Positions 13,201 through 26,400 of a stretch of 64,000 nt of DNA are shown in pieces. Positions within the stretch are counted from its first letter, which is position 1; every line of letters begins with the position of its first letter. Source of the DNA: Enoplolaimus lenunculus (taxonomy: Eukaryota); the NCBI GenBank assembly GCA_030248215.1, contig JASANG010003130.1, forward strand, positions 310,001 through 374,000, read 5' to 3'. The notes under the pieces are model-generated. The model made no database searches. It was given only the letters and a program-made list of their open reading frames with translations, and was not told the DNA's origin. A program made the position numbers and the translations under genes.

Positions 13201-14468
13201 GTTTAGCAAATTCACATTTTTTTACTAGATATAATTCGTAATAGTTGTTTCAAGCACAGGTGCAAGTGCGTAACGATGTTTTTACCCGCGCTGCGCTTTT
13301 ACACGTGTAAATTATATTTTGTTAACCACGAATATACCCGCGCAAAATTTTTTACCCGTTACCCGCCTTTAACTGCGTAAAATTTCTATACCGTTACCAC
13401 ACTTTTACATGCCCTTATTTTTTCCACCTTCAGTACGATTGTGTAAATTTACGATGCATTGATGTTACTCGATACTTATTTTTCACTCATACGGTAAAAA
13501 ACAGCTTAAAAATTCAAGTTTTTCTACGTTATCTGGTTTCAAGTTTCTTATAAAAATTTTAGGTAGGTAAAGATTAACCAAGTTTTACCCGCACTTTGAA
13601 ATTATATACCCGCTAGTATACTCGCGTCAAAATTTTCTTTTTATCCCGGATTTACCCGCGGGTATCGTATAGCTCTAGTTTCAAGCATAAAATTATCAGA
13701 TGGCTTGTCAGACTACAGTCAGTTTCTGAATATTGTGTTAAGGTGTACAAGTTGGGATTTTGAGCATGACGTATAACTGGGTGAACAATGAATCTATCAA
13801 TCTTCAAACAAAAATTGTTTTGAAAGCACAGAATATGCCGTACGTTCTTTGCCCTGGAAGAATTATGGCCCACCCAAGAAAATTTCCAACCTCGCTTATA
13901 AGTTATCGAAAATCCTTGTATATATAAGTCTCCTGAGAAAGTTTTTGGCCATCTCCCTAGCAAGAGTCGGCTGGCTCCGGGCCTGTTGCCGCAGACATAT
14001 TTTATAATTTGAGGCACATCAAATTGGTGCGGCGACTATTTTCTCGGCACCACTGGGGTTGCGCTTGCAGTCAAACAAAAAGGCACCGCTTCAAACTCTA
14101 CCGATCGCCCGTTTGTCAGCCAAATGAAACAAATATTTCTACGAGATTGGCATTCCCCTTACGCGCACCCGCTATCCCTGTATATGCAGCAATGCGTTAT
14201 TAATAAAACGTCAATCACCTCAAATATAGATTCAACTCAAGCTTCAACTCAGCATTCAATTTTTTCCCAATCCGCACCCAAAATTCGTGGCAGCATTTGC
14301 GAAGTTGAAAAATCGGCAAGTGGCCGATACGAAAATCAGCGGCCTTACTCAACTGCAGAACAGCGTCAGCAAGAGATCTCAACTGAGAGCAAAAGCTCAA
14401 CTTTTCGAACGATATTAACTCGACAACAACTCAGTAAATCAGCTCAAGAGCAAGCGGTGACATCGTAA
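3585..14468 (+). CDS. PLD3: PLD3/PLD4-like phospholipase D family protein (type II membrane, putative lysosomal 5'-3' exonuclease), about 617 aa, 9 exons
   Basis: Exons 3585-3880, 4755-4938, 6067-6193, 6683-6816, 7382-7633, 8191-8330, 12207-12369, 12930-13032 and 14014-14468 join in phase (1854 nt). Motifs: N-terminal TM segment ([21 protein letters not shown]), [10 protein letters not shown], first catalytic motif [46 protein letters not shown], second motif [19 protein letters not shown], and FLRDW. Confidence 0.93.
7139..7204. repeat. (TAAA)n microsatellite
   Basis: Directly visible in PLD intron 4. Confidence 0.9.
8370..8820 (+). mobile_element. Dispersed repeat, possibly Helentron/DINE-like; second partial copy at about 4150-4535
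   Basis: Short subterminal inverted motif tgcgaag ... cttcgcgca and a gtccgtccgtctgtccgt microsatellite. 8500-8780 aligns with 4153-4535. Confidence 0.5.
9225..12196. repeat. About 70-bp tandem satellite (about 42 units) in intron 6 of the PLD gene
   Basis: Consensus caggcgtccagttactcatatttgtatatttttgaaatgtaaatgtcaggctgctggagaacaaaatata repeated head-to-tail, with 65- and 69-bp variant units. Confidence 0.98.
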
Positions 14469-15715
14469 TTAACTGCTCGGCTTCGTTTATCTGATGATTT
14501 TGTCTTTCCAACACTGCCTTTGTTTTATGCATATTATGTAATTTCATGCAAATTTGTATTATGTAATATTTAGAAGTACTGTTGGTTTTTAGGTATAGCC
14601 AATGCATAAATACACGGCTGGCACGGTAGTATAAGTATATTCCTGAAGCTAGCAGCGAACTTATAAGTAAGCCACTAGCCTCAGTAGCAAAATTCGCCAG
14701 GAGCTTAAGAGTCCTCTATTGCAGTCCACAGATAAACGTTCTGCTCCTGTTCTTTATATAAGCCGCTCTTGTACCCTTTCTTCCACATTTAAAGTTAACG
14801 CTTGAGGTCTAGACTTAGATAAGGGTTAAGCTTAGGAAAATGCTATGGCAAAGGTCTAGGCTATAGCTTAGTTTTTTCCATATCTTAAACTTAAACACGT
14901 GGGGAATGTGTTCAAGAACCGTGCTGTTTATATTAATTTGGTTTTTGTGTCAACTGAAAAGGTGTTCGCTAGAAACAGCGTTCACACGGACGTCATTTGA
15001 CGTGAAATAATGTCTCGTTGGATATTATTTTACGTCAAATAATTTCCAATCGTACAATATTTCCCGTGAAATAGTGTTTCCTTGGACTTTGTTTTACGGG
15101 AAATACAGCCTACATCAAATAATGTCCGAGTGGGTAATATTTTTAGCGTAGACCTGTTGTAATCTGTGAAATTTTTGGATACATGCGAAAAAGTGTATCA
15201 GAATTTGCGTAAAAACCTCGCGGGCAATGGTGAGCCAAACCCGTACCCTGACAGAAAATTTTACCGCATACGCCAAGTATGACGAATGCGGATTCGGTTG
15301 AGGACTTTACATCAAACTTAGCGGTGTAACACCATCGCTAGGCAACCTTCAAGCTAGCAATACATTAATTTACGATGTTTGTATGAAATTTAATTACAAA
15401 AGCGCTACGGGCTCTGAAACTAAATGCAAGTTCTGGTATCCAACCAGATCTCACAACTCACGGTTCAAAATAGGGTGAAATGTTCTATTATAATTTACCG
15501 ATACAGACACTCAAAAACACTCAAAAGTTTCAAAAACTGTCGAGGTTCGTCGAACAAGCATTTGACAAAAATTAGTAGAAATTGAAAAATTGAACCATGC
15601 AGTCTGTTGCACACCTTTAAAATTGTACACAACAAAACGAACTAAAAACTGTTTAATTTAGCGAATGTCCAAAATTGCCTACACGGACAAATAAACATGC
15701 TTCAAGTTGGGTGCG

Positions 15716-15827
15716 AAGCGAAACTGGATTATATCGGAATCGGAACTAGAAATTTTGTACTTATACGGATAAGCGAAACTGGATTATATCGGAATCGGAA
15801 CTACAAATTTTGTACTTATACGGATAA
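15716..15827. repeat. 55-bp tandem duplication (one mismatch)
   Basis: aagcgaaactggattatatcggaatcggaacta(g/c)aaattttgtacttatacggat occurs twice. Confidence 0.9.
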
Positions 15828-17039
15828 AGATCTAAAGATCGAGAGAATTTTTACGCGATGTATCACATGTTTTTAATTAAAATGTTAAAATTTCAATTTC
15901 GATTGATTGTGCAATCGGAATAGCAACTAGAGTTAATGAATAACAAACTATTACTAGGTAAACTAACCTGATATCCAAAAACGCTAAGTTAGATACTGAC
16001 GTGGAAAATTGTTATTTTGGTTAAATTTGAAAAGTGTAAACAATCTATTAACAGGTAGGGACATTATTTCGACGTAAATACTGTCCGCCCGAGCATTATT
16101 TCATATGAAATATTAAAGCTCAGTAGAACAATATTTCATCTGAAATAATACACACGGCGTACAATGGCGTAATACACGCGGACACTTCCATGTCACACTC
16201 GCGGTTTCACTGGACTCAATACCGCGACTACAGCGCTCGTACTCCTTAACATGGGGACACATTTCTCACAAGGGAGCCCATCGACAAACATATCAGGGGC
16301 CTGCCAAACCATCTAGACCACTTCCGTCTTGCCGGAACCCGAGACTGTACAGATGAAAATACCGAAATTTCGATGTGACCTGAGCAACAATAAAGCCTTA
16401 TTCACCCTTGGTTCAAGTTTAGGGTCCCATGCCGGGCTATAGCGTTTATTTACTTAGGTAAGCTTCAAGCAGTTAAAAGTCATTTATAGGTGTTTTACTA
16501 AACGTCTATTTTCCGGTATTCACACGTTGGAGACATATTTGTTTTATAGCGTATAGACTGGTATTTGTTGTTAGTCATAAATCGAAGTATATCAGTATAT
16601 TTTGTAAATGTCTTGATTAACAGCTACGCCATAAGCAACAACGGATAGCGATCTTTTGGGGCTTTGAGGTCGTTGTGGTTCGCGCAATTCGTAGAACATT
16701 TGTTAATGCTGGCTATTTTAATGGAAAACAGCGCCTCGGGCAAAATTTTTGTACGGATATTATTCGCAAACCCCACATGATTCAGTGCTTTTGTGCTTCG
16801 TCCAATGTTTACATGAGGTCCACGTTTAGTGTATAAGCATATTTCTAAGCCTAAGCCTAAACAAAAAAATGGTCCCGAGGTTTGGTCCTCTCTTCAGTTA
16901 TACACGGATGCATGCTTCGATCGCCACCAGTATTGTTCTGTTTATATTTTACTTCAATTTTTTACTTATTCGATGGAGTATGTATACATACAAATTTTGG
17001 GAGTACCTATTGAAAGTTTTAGTCATACTGTCAATGAGT

Positions 17040-17229
17040 TAGAATTGTGCTATACTTGACGTCCGGCGCCGTGCGTCATCCGTACGGCGCCATCCCTGAC
17101 CGTCCGTCACCCGTACGGCGCCGTCCGTCGGCCGTCCGTCACCATACGTTATCGTGGTGAGTTATTTGCATATGATACCGCTCGGTGACGGACGGCGCCG
17201 CACGTCAACAAAAGTATATCGCAACTCTA
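17040..17229. mobile_element. Short hAT-like MITE; unexpanded relative of the element carrying the 25-bp satellite
   Basis: Imperfect TIRs tagaattgtgctatactt ... aagtatatcgcaactcta. Internal ccgtccgtcacc..tacgtta.cgtg.tgagttattt and the right end acaaaagtata.cgcaac.ct match 44386-44470 and 45925-45950. Confidence 0.7.
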
Positions 17230-18356
17230 AATGAGTAAATTTTCATTCCTTTGTGAACAGTCAAACATGCAGCCAGCTGAATACAGCTTATATGTATTGA
17301 ATACTGACGATCTTAAAATTTAAGATTCACCTCCTAACTGATTCTGGCTGTCCTAACAGAAAATCCCTTTTTTGGGTGCTGTAACGGTATAAGTAGTAAA
17401 TGAGGCCGCAATGGTCTATATATGGTTTAAATAAATGGTTCGTTTTGTTCGAGTCCGTAGCCAGATAAGGGCCAGGGGGGAAACTACCCGCCAGCCTTCA
17501 AAGGAAATTGTTACCCCCCCTTGCAAGGTTAGCTGGCTGCGGGCCTGGTTTTATAACGGACATATATTCGGCGCTATGATAGTTTGCTCTTGGTTATATA
17601 TTTAGGTTGAGTTGTTTTGATTGCCTTTAAATTTTAAAATCGCAAGCTGCTAATTAAATACATACTATATACGGTTATATCTTCAATTTTAAGCTGAGTG
17701 CAACAAGTTGAACTTAAAATAGCTTAAGTGGATTTCAAAAACCGCTCTCGAACGCGCTGGATTTTGTTATCTCACGCTGAGTAATAAAAGTTGTTGGTTC
17801 ACAGATTTGGTTTAGATCTCAACGTATCGGCGAACTGCAAAGGATCTTGGCCTAAATGTATTTTGGTTTGTTTTCACTAATAATTGTTCAAGGTCCGTAG
17901 CCGGCTCATTTTGCTAGGGGGAGCCAAAACCTTTCTAGGAAGGACTGAGCCCACCTCCCCGGACCGTCTTGACTCCGTTCCCAAATAGTTCAATGGCGGC
18001 TTCAGATATTTTAGATGGGGCAGCTGCACGATATGTAATAGTGAAAAAAACTTGTGAGCGGTGAGCGAAACGCAAAAATTTGGCTTTGGGTCCGTGTTGA
18101 GGACCTGATACTAAGCGTTGCGCCTTGCATCAGTCAGTGAAACGGTTTGCTTTGCAGTGGCTATGTATGTTTTTACGCTGACTGTATTTTGATTATTTAA
18201 CTGATATTTCGTCAATTCTGTGTTGCTTGCAGTTAGTTGAATTCACAGAAAAGTCGCAAAATCTTGTTGAAATATGCAATTGAAGTTGATTAATTACATT
18301 GAAATCCCTGCTGTAATTTCAGTCACGCCTCTTTACTTCTTTAGAAGGTGGACTGC

Positions 18357-18718
18357 ACTGCTAAAAATGGTGAGTAAAATTGACTTTCACCGGAATAGGC
18401 TTTTCGGGACCACGCAAACTGAGTCAAATTCGACTGGACGTTCGAAATGCACAATGGTGTAAATCATGTTGTTTTTCGGGTCATTTCACAGAAATTCTTC
18501 CTGAATCAAACGTTAAAAACGGGTATTTTCTTGATTAGTTGTTTTAAATTCGGTTTCCAACAAAATTCAGATTCCGGCGGAAAACCTGACAGCACTTCTG
18601 GTGTTGTGGCTTGTTTGCCAACATTAATTGAGTTGAAAAAATATAATACATCCGTATGGATTGAGGCAACGAAACTGGTGACAAGTCAGTTGTAAAATTT
18701 AATTTCGTTTTGCAGTGT
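18357..18718. mobile_element. TIR element with CACTG termini
   Basis: cactgctaaaaatggtgagt ... ttttgcagtg. The terminal ~100 bp recur in reverse at 60620-60723 and 61530-61630. Confidence 0.55.
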
Positions 18719-21700
18719 TAAAAATATCACGTTGAAATATATACTAACCGAATTGTGTAGTTTGTACATTACAGCTAATGAAACTCAACATCGAGTATAA
18801 ACTGTGTAAAGACATGAAAAATACTTTAAAAGAATACGAAAATCGGCAGTAAAAATGTAATATATAACTTCTGATTCCGGCAAGAAAATCGAATTCCCGA
18901 TTTTGGTTTCGGCCATAATTTTATTTCGATGGAAATTTTGAGTAAATTCAAATTCAAAATTTTAAGCTATTGAAATGATAAAAACGTCTGAATTGGTTTT
19001 AAAAGAAGCATTTTGCCCGAAAATGCTTTCAGATTAAAAAAACCTAAAATATGGTTTCTGTTGTGTTTAATTTTTTAGTGTCTTAATATAATTTCTACCG
19101 CCAGTATTTTGCTCAATTGTGTATAGATAGTTCACTTTTTTATTTCTAATTGTCTTAATTATTAAACGGATGTTGTTTTGTTATACAAATTGATCGGTGT
19201 AAATTTCCCACGTCACGTTTTCTTTCGAAGCATTAATGGTTAAACATATTTAGGTGCTAGCTGTTCGTTTCAGTGTATAGAACACGGCCGTAACAGTAGT
19301 ATAAGCGTCTTCCTAAGTTTATTGCGAAAAAATGAGCTTATCGCTAAACCTAGTCCAAGTAAAAAATATATCTAAAGCTTAAGCTTATTGTATGGTAATC
19401 CCGCAGAAAAACGTTCTGCCAGTGATCTTTACATGGGCCGCTGTTGTAAAATTTTTTATTAGTTTACGATCATTTTTGTCAAATTGTATTGCAATGTCGC
19501 CTGGAAGTATTTTCTGTTCTTATTAAGGCATGCAGATGGTATTGTGCACTATATAACGGCTAATGACACCGTCCCATGTAATGCGGATTTCGCGTTATAA
19601 CTGAGGCAACCTGGAATACGTTTTATCCCTATTACAATAGCGGGTAACAAACATATTGTCTGCGTGTTGAACGCTATCAAATTAAAAAAAATTAAAGTTG
19701 TCTGCTATATAAAATATTGAACTGATTTCGTTGCATACTTTTAAATTAGCCGAAATTGGTTGGATTTCCAATTTTTCACCAAAGTTTTCAGTAAGCAATG
19801 TCCCGCCTCCTTAAATCCACTCTGCTGGTGAGTTGAAAACTTGCTGTTTCTTGTTAGATTTCGTATATTGTATCGTGGGCTTCACTTAGCAACAACAGAA
19901 TTATATTATTTTTGGCCAATGTTACTTCTAGGGTCATGACAGATGAAGAACATACCTAAGACTAAGCCTAATCGTCTAAAAGTGTATTCCTAAGCCCAAA
20001 CAAAAATGTAGTCTAAAATCGTAGCTTACTCTTTTATGAACCCACCAGAAACCGGGAAAGCCCTGAAAACAACATGGACCCGATTTTTAACAAAACAAAG
20101 CGCCATGAATACTCTAAGTTCATGACAACATTAATTGGTCAATAGTTTTTTTGTGCAAATATCACTGCTTATTGTTATTTTCCAATTTTCCGTTGCAAAT
20201 CCAGGCTGATTTCAGCGGTGATAAACAATTTTTTGCAGCTTTTCAATGCTAAAAGTCCACGCTTACCAACGAAAACAACACTTCTGAAGACATCGTACGC
20301 CTTTTGTCATTTGAATATGTTTCAATTAATGAATTTATGCCATTGTTAAGCTGGATTATTGAACACAAAGCTTGTTTGTTTGATTGTTGTAATAAAAGTT
20401 AACTCAATTGAACAGAATTTTGTATTCTAAATATTAGAAGATTATATTTTGGCATTGTATATTTCATAACAGCTTATCAAGTAATTTTATACCAGAGGTG
20501 GCCAGCGCTGAGAAACGATTATTCAGAGTCTTAAAAAGACAAAATTAGCGAGTCGTTCACTGTGGTTCGTACACGCATAATTCTTACTTATGAAGCCAAA
20601 CAAATTCCGTCCGGAGAGGAGGGATGTGGTTCATCCCCTTTTGTTACGATCCTAAATGTTCAGCCTGATTTGTTTTGTACTTTAAAGTAGAAATTAATAA
20701 CAACAAAATACTGCTTATTCTATACAATATCCTTAATTTTCGATTATTGAACGTTCAAACGAATTTATTAAAACCTTGCAGAGCATAAGATTGAGCGTAA
20801 GCTCTGAAGTGATTTTCGCGATTTACATATAAATTAAAGTTTGACCTTTTGAAGCTATTGACGTCTTTGCATTTTGCGATTAAACTATTGTATAAATTTT
20901 TGTAAACGTTTGTCACAACCAAGACGTATATATAACCTTAGAAAATTTTGATTGTTTTAATCAGGCTTCAGTTTCGCAAGTTGTGGTCAATTCATGCTGG
21001 ATTTTCACAAAATACTGCGAAGACTGCAATTTTTGCGTTAAATTCGTAAATTATAAAAATGATAGCAATTGTGTTAAAACGACCGTATAGCGAGCAATTA
21101 TCACATTTTGGTTTTAACAAAAACTCAAACGAATGAAAGAACATTACGATTCCTCAAACAGCTTCCGAGCGTTAGGAATTGTGTAGAATATACAAAGTAC
21201 TTTTACTGTTTTGTGGTTCTGTGTTTTACAGTTTATATTCAGGCGAAAATAGCGGTTTGAAGACTGAAAACGTGTTCACTGTAGTGACCCGAAGAAGACG
21301 GGAACTGAAATTTATTTCACCTGTTTAAAGGATATCCCCTCGGTATTCGGATCCGGACTGATTTTCATTTATCAATCTAGCTCCTACAAACTCTACTTCC
21401 GGAGTTAAACTCCTATTAACGTTACCCCCTCGTATTCGGGTCACTGCCACTACCGGTTCCAGAGGGGGGCTGATAAAATAAAAAGGTACATAGCGCACAA
21501 TTTTTCCCCTAAAACAATTTTTTGTGATAAAATGATAAAATCCATAGACCTTACAATTTTTTGCAAGCCCGCTCCCAACGTCAAGAATTTTTGGTTCCTT
21601 CTCTGGTCACTGCAGTACTCAATAGCGTTTGTTACATTGGCGATTTTTAGTTTTTCTACTCTTCCTTGCACATATTACAAAGCAACTTGCGTACGCTATA

Positions 21701-22679
21701 TCACAAACTCTACATACCTAAGTATAGCGTTAAAAGATAAGGGTAAGTATAAAACTAAACCTAAAATTATTAGTAAATAATATAGTAAAAAACCTAAGAA
21801 GGTACCATTTCATGTAAAGGAGAACATGATGACGTGTTTTGCCAAAAAAGTTTCTCTACAGCCTGTAAAACTTAAAAGTCGATGTTTTCTGGTCTTCTGA
21901 AATTTCTGGAAGGGATATACTTCTCTATCTTTTTTCATGTATGCGCCACTGACTGATAACCGAGTTATATTATTTAATGTTTTTTCATGTTTAGTATGAG
22001 GAAGAATCTTAAGACTCAGATTAGCGCATCAGACTGGAAATTAAGGTTTTTTATAATTAGAAATGGTTAGTTTTTATAGCTGACCCTGCAGTAAAAATGT
22101 ATTTTAGGTTTCCATCTTATGCTTATAAGCGGTCAAAATTGATCAGACTAATCACTAAAGCTTCGTTTAAACACTTCTCACATAGAGATGACTATCAGAA
22201 ACTCAGTGGCAATGTTTGTAAGTGAAGTAAATGCACGATGTACACTTATCACTACTACTACGCGTATACGCAGTACAAAATCTCGAAAAGACGTGAGATC
22301 TCCTTTGGAATCTACTGCCAACCTCCAATAGCTGAGTGTTAATCGTAAACGGTTCTCGCTCCGTTCCCTTTTGCTCGCAACCTTGCTTAAATTTAGGCTT
22401 CATATAGAATAGAAAATTATAAAGGATTGTGAGGCACCAGTTTTTTTATAGTCTGCGCCAAGTAAGCGTTTATAATTCCAAGTTTTCATAAAAGTTATCA
22501 TTTAATTCGCTATTAGGTTCTCATTCCAACAATGCATACTGTTTCAATAAAGTTCACAGTCTCCAGTTTAATCGTTAACCGAATTAACATCCAAGAACTA
22601 TGAAAATAAAAAAATTCGCAACAGAACCAAAATTTCTAGTCAGAGTAGCTAATTAAAAACTAGCATTTTTCTATTGACA

Positions 22680-22951
22680 TTAACCCCTTCTCACATTGAG
22701 TTGCTTGTAAGGCAACTCAGCGCAGTGTATATACGTTAAATAGTATATATCGCACCGTGTTTAACAATTGCAACACGTATACATAGTGTTAAATCACCAT
22801 AAGACGTGAGAGCCCCCTCGGGCTCGAGCGTCAAGCTCCTATAGCTGAGTGGTGATGGTATACGCCTCCCACTCCAGTCACTGGAGTTCGAATCCTAGCA
22901 TAAAAGTAGGTCTCAGGGGAAATAGAAAATATTCTTGTGAGAAAGGGTTAA
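22680..22951. mobile_element. piggyBac-like MITE (TTAA target duplication) with an internal tRNA-like A/B-box segment
   Basis: TTAA|ccccttctcaca ... tgtgagaaaggg|TTAA, with internal tagctgagtggt and ggagttcgaatcc. Related copies at about 22167-22435, 23930-24100 (reverse), 26200-26430 (reverse) and 32266-32766. Confidence 0.7.
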
Positions 22952-23444
22952 AAATTGTTGTTCTTAAACGAATCAAAAATAATAAAATCACTTTTAAAAT
23001 TCATATTCATTAAAACAGCCAAGCTTATATATATCATCACAAAAATATTCATGTGCGAAAAGATTCACGTATGGTAAATACTCAGGGATCATAATCAACA
23101 ATTTTGATTTTAACAAATTCAAATATATGCTTATAGAAGTTAAAAATTTAAAACGTTTCAACAAACCTACAAAATATCCATTGGCAGTAACATTCGAGCC
23201 AAACAATACACTTTGCAGAAAACAATTATATCTAAAATGCGAATATGTCTTTAAATAAATTTTTAACAATTCATTTTTATATCAAACAAATTTTATTGGT
23301 TTTTACACAAAAACCAAATATATATGGTCAGTGTATGTTCTGTAAATCATAACCTGATTTTGTTTCCGAGTAAAAAAATGTTTATGTTTTTGTGGATATA
23401 AATGCTTATTCGCTTTGAACGGTAAAACTTTAAATTATATCAAA

Positions 23445-26400
23445 ATGTCGTTGCCAAGTTGCGCTGCTCTCAAAACCAGTAATATTTTACTCGTTCTCAC
23501 ATTAATATATACTAGTGTGCCAGCTTTGCGCAATGCTCAAAAGTTAGCGAAAGCACAAAAATTTCCTTGCAAATTCTCTTTTCATAGAACAATCACGTGT
23601 AAGTTATTGTAAACAAAAAGTAACGCTGGAAAGTTGCTCAAAATACGTAATCGAAGATCTAGGCCCATATTAAGTACCTATTACCAGTTAGTAATAGGTT
23701 TTCAAACTAACGAACAGCTGCAATTGCAGATATCAAAATTTGTACAGAAGTCGAGTAAATCGAATGCAATAAATGTACTGAGTTTCAAACCTCAACATTC
23801 TCTGGTTCGAAAGTTACAAGACCTATCCCCAACTGGTAGTAGGTGCTACATACATTTGAGAATACTGGCTCTGGTTTCCACTGTTCCAGCGTCATTTGCA
23901 ACGCCAGGTTTTCAAGTGGCACGTGTTTGACATCAACGCTCCGAAGAACCGGACGCTCGGGTCCAAGAGGCATCTCACGTCTAGTAGTGATTTTGTACCG
24001 TACATATATGCGATAATTATTAATTAGCGTGCATTATGTATTTGTGGCACGTACATAATTTGCAATTTAGTTGCTCATAGCATACTCGAAGTGAGAAATG
24101 ATTATAGACAGTAATTGAAAATTTATCAACGCTTGTCATAAAAGCAAAATAAAAATAAATCAATTTGCGCGCAACCATTTCAATAGAATGAACAACTTTT
24201 ATACGCAAACATACATTATCACTGCAATCCTGCTTATGATCGTTCCTACCACTGAACATACTCAGTTTTTTGTTCAACCTTCAATATCGGCGTCAGGAAA
24301 TAGTCATTCACCAAGTCAATAAAACTGGGCGTTGTCTAATGGAGGACAGTCAGGTGGGCTTCGACACGGGTTTACCCCTCCCGCGCCACAGCATCTAATG
24401 TTTGACGCGTTACCGTTTTCACCAATGTACAAGGCCGCAAGTCCTAGAGGTCTATCTGGTGGACCAGTTAATGTTAACGTTACGATATTGTTTCGAGGGA
24501 TTGACGGTATATATGAGCATGAAAATGCTGCAGATTTAGGCGTGTATTTGTTCATGACATGGATCGATATACGCATTCGATGGAATAAAACTGATCAAGG
24601 TATATAATCAGTGGTGTGCTCTTGTATATTTGCCTTCTTGCACGTTTACTGTAGTGACCCGAATAAAAGTTAGGTTGATTGATAATTATTTGGCCTCTCC
24701 AGAGGATACTTCGGTTACGTACCTACTGTTGTTTATTTGTAATCAGCTCTCCGCTATCCTTCGTTACTGAATTTATATTGCAACTATCCGTAAAACGTTG
24801 AGAGATAATGCTAGGTTACATTTAAAAACGTACTTCCCAAACCTAAGTATGCTTTAAAGTTTCGAACTCGACCTTTTGTCCTGGAGTCATTTATGCACTA
24901 CACCGGTCGGGTACAAAAAATCAGGCGAGGGTATACCCGCGGGTAAATGTCACAGTTTTCGCCCGCGGCAAACTTAAAATTTTTAGGTGGAAAATCTACG
25001 CTATTGTCTGCTTCAGTTCTTGTTTTATTAAGCTGGGTTGGAAATTTGTTTCTAGTAAAATTTCATTTGTGAAGTTCATTGAAGCTATATCGCAAAACTT
25101 CATTAAAGCGCGAATCACCAGCGATCTTTAAGATACTGGTTTGACTTCAACCGCTGGTAAAATGTGGGTCGTGGATAGATCTTTTTTGCGCGGGTATACC
25201 CGTGGGTAAAAAATTCTTGTTTTCGTGGGTTAGCGTGGGTCGGGTAATACACTCTTCGCACTCTGGGTTAGGCACTCTATCCGTTTACGGACTTTTATTA
25301 TGTATACGGACTCCTTTTGTTTTGGGCTCAAAATGGGAACCCCCTCTTATTACCTCTTTATTCGGGTCACTATAGTAGGTTTGGTTGAGGATTAAGCTTG
25401 TAACAAAAACGCCCAAATTACGTATGGTGGACGTTGCCGGTTTATATCGATTCGCGTGGCTTTGTTTTTGTGTTCGTTCAGAATTGAGGTAACAGTAGTG
25501 TTTTACGTCATTAGTGACCATTAAATACATTTGAATGGTTAAACATATTTTACTGGAACTTGAGTTGATATTTGTCTTTATATTATCACAAGTTGGCAAT
25601 TTTTAGATTTCCCAGACTGTCTGCTGGTCGATTCGAACATGGTTTGGACACCCGACATTCAGCCAGAAATCAACGCGATTAATTTTGAATTTATCAACAG
25701 CGGGGCTGGTGCGTCAACGAACGTTTACGTTTGTCACACTGGGCTCATATCAATCACACGCAATGTTCGCACACGGATACGAACAGATCTTGACGTACTG
25801 CGATTTCCGTTTGACGCTCAGTTGCTCCTTTTGCATATTTCGTCTGCATCCGCCGGTAGTCATGAAATCAATTTGCGAATTGTTAACAATGAACCAGGAC
25901 AAGCGTATCTGTATTTAGTGGTATGTTTGACATTTTCGCACACGAATAGCTGAGCGACGGCTTGCGTCTTCGTGGGACTGAAATAGAGCAAGCTTAAGCT
26001 TTTAGAATCATTTTTGTTTAGATCTTGGCTTTAGGCCAAGGCTTTTAGCAATGCGCAAATTTGTCAAAACCTTAGACACTTTTATCGTTCGAAGCAACGT
26101 CTATCGGAGCTGAGTTGAATGGTGCTAAGCTTTCATGTTACATATGCGTATCGCTTTGACAGAAATTTTTTCCATACCTAATGACGTGGCCTTACGACCT
26201 TAACTGTTTCTCTCAAGAATTATTTTAATTTGATCTGACAATTAATTTCATTGTAGAATTCGAACCCGCTGTCTCACAGGTGGTAGGCGTTTAAGATGAA
26301 CACTGAGCTATATGATCACGACGCTCGAGTCCAAGCGGACACTCACGTCTTGTGCGCTCCATGCGTCTGTATCGTTTGTATATTGTTATATATTCAGTTG

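Noticed and set aside
14470..23400. Possible extra gene in the 9-kb gap between PLD and the channel
   Set aside because: Only short ORFs, mostly within MITEs; no phase-consistent exon chain or protein motif recognised. Small or non-coding exons cannot be excluded.
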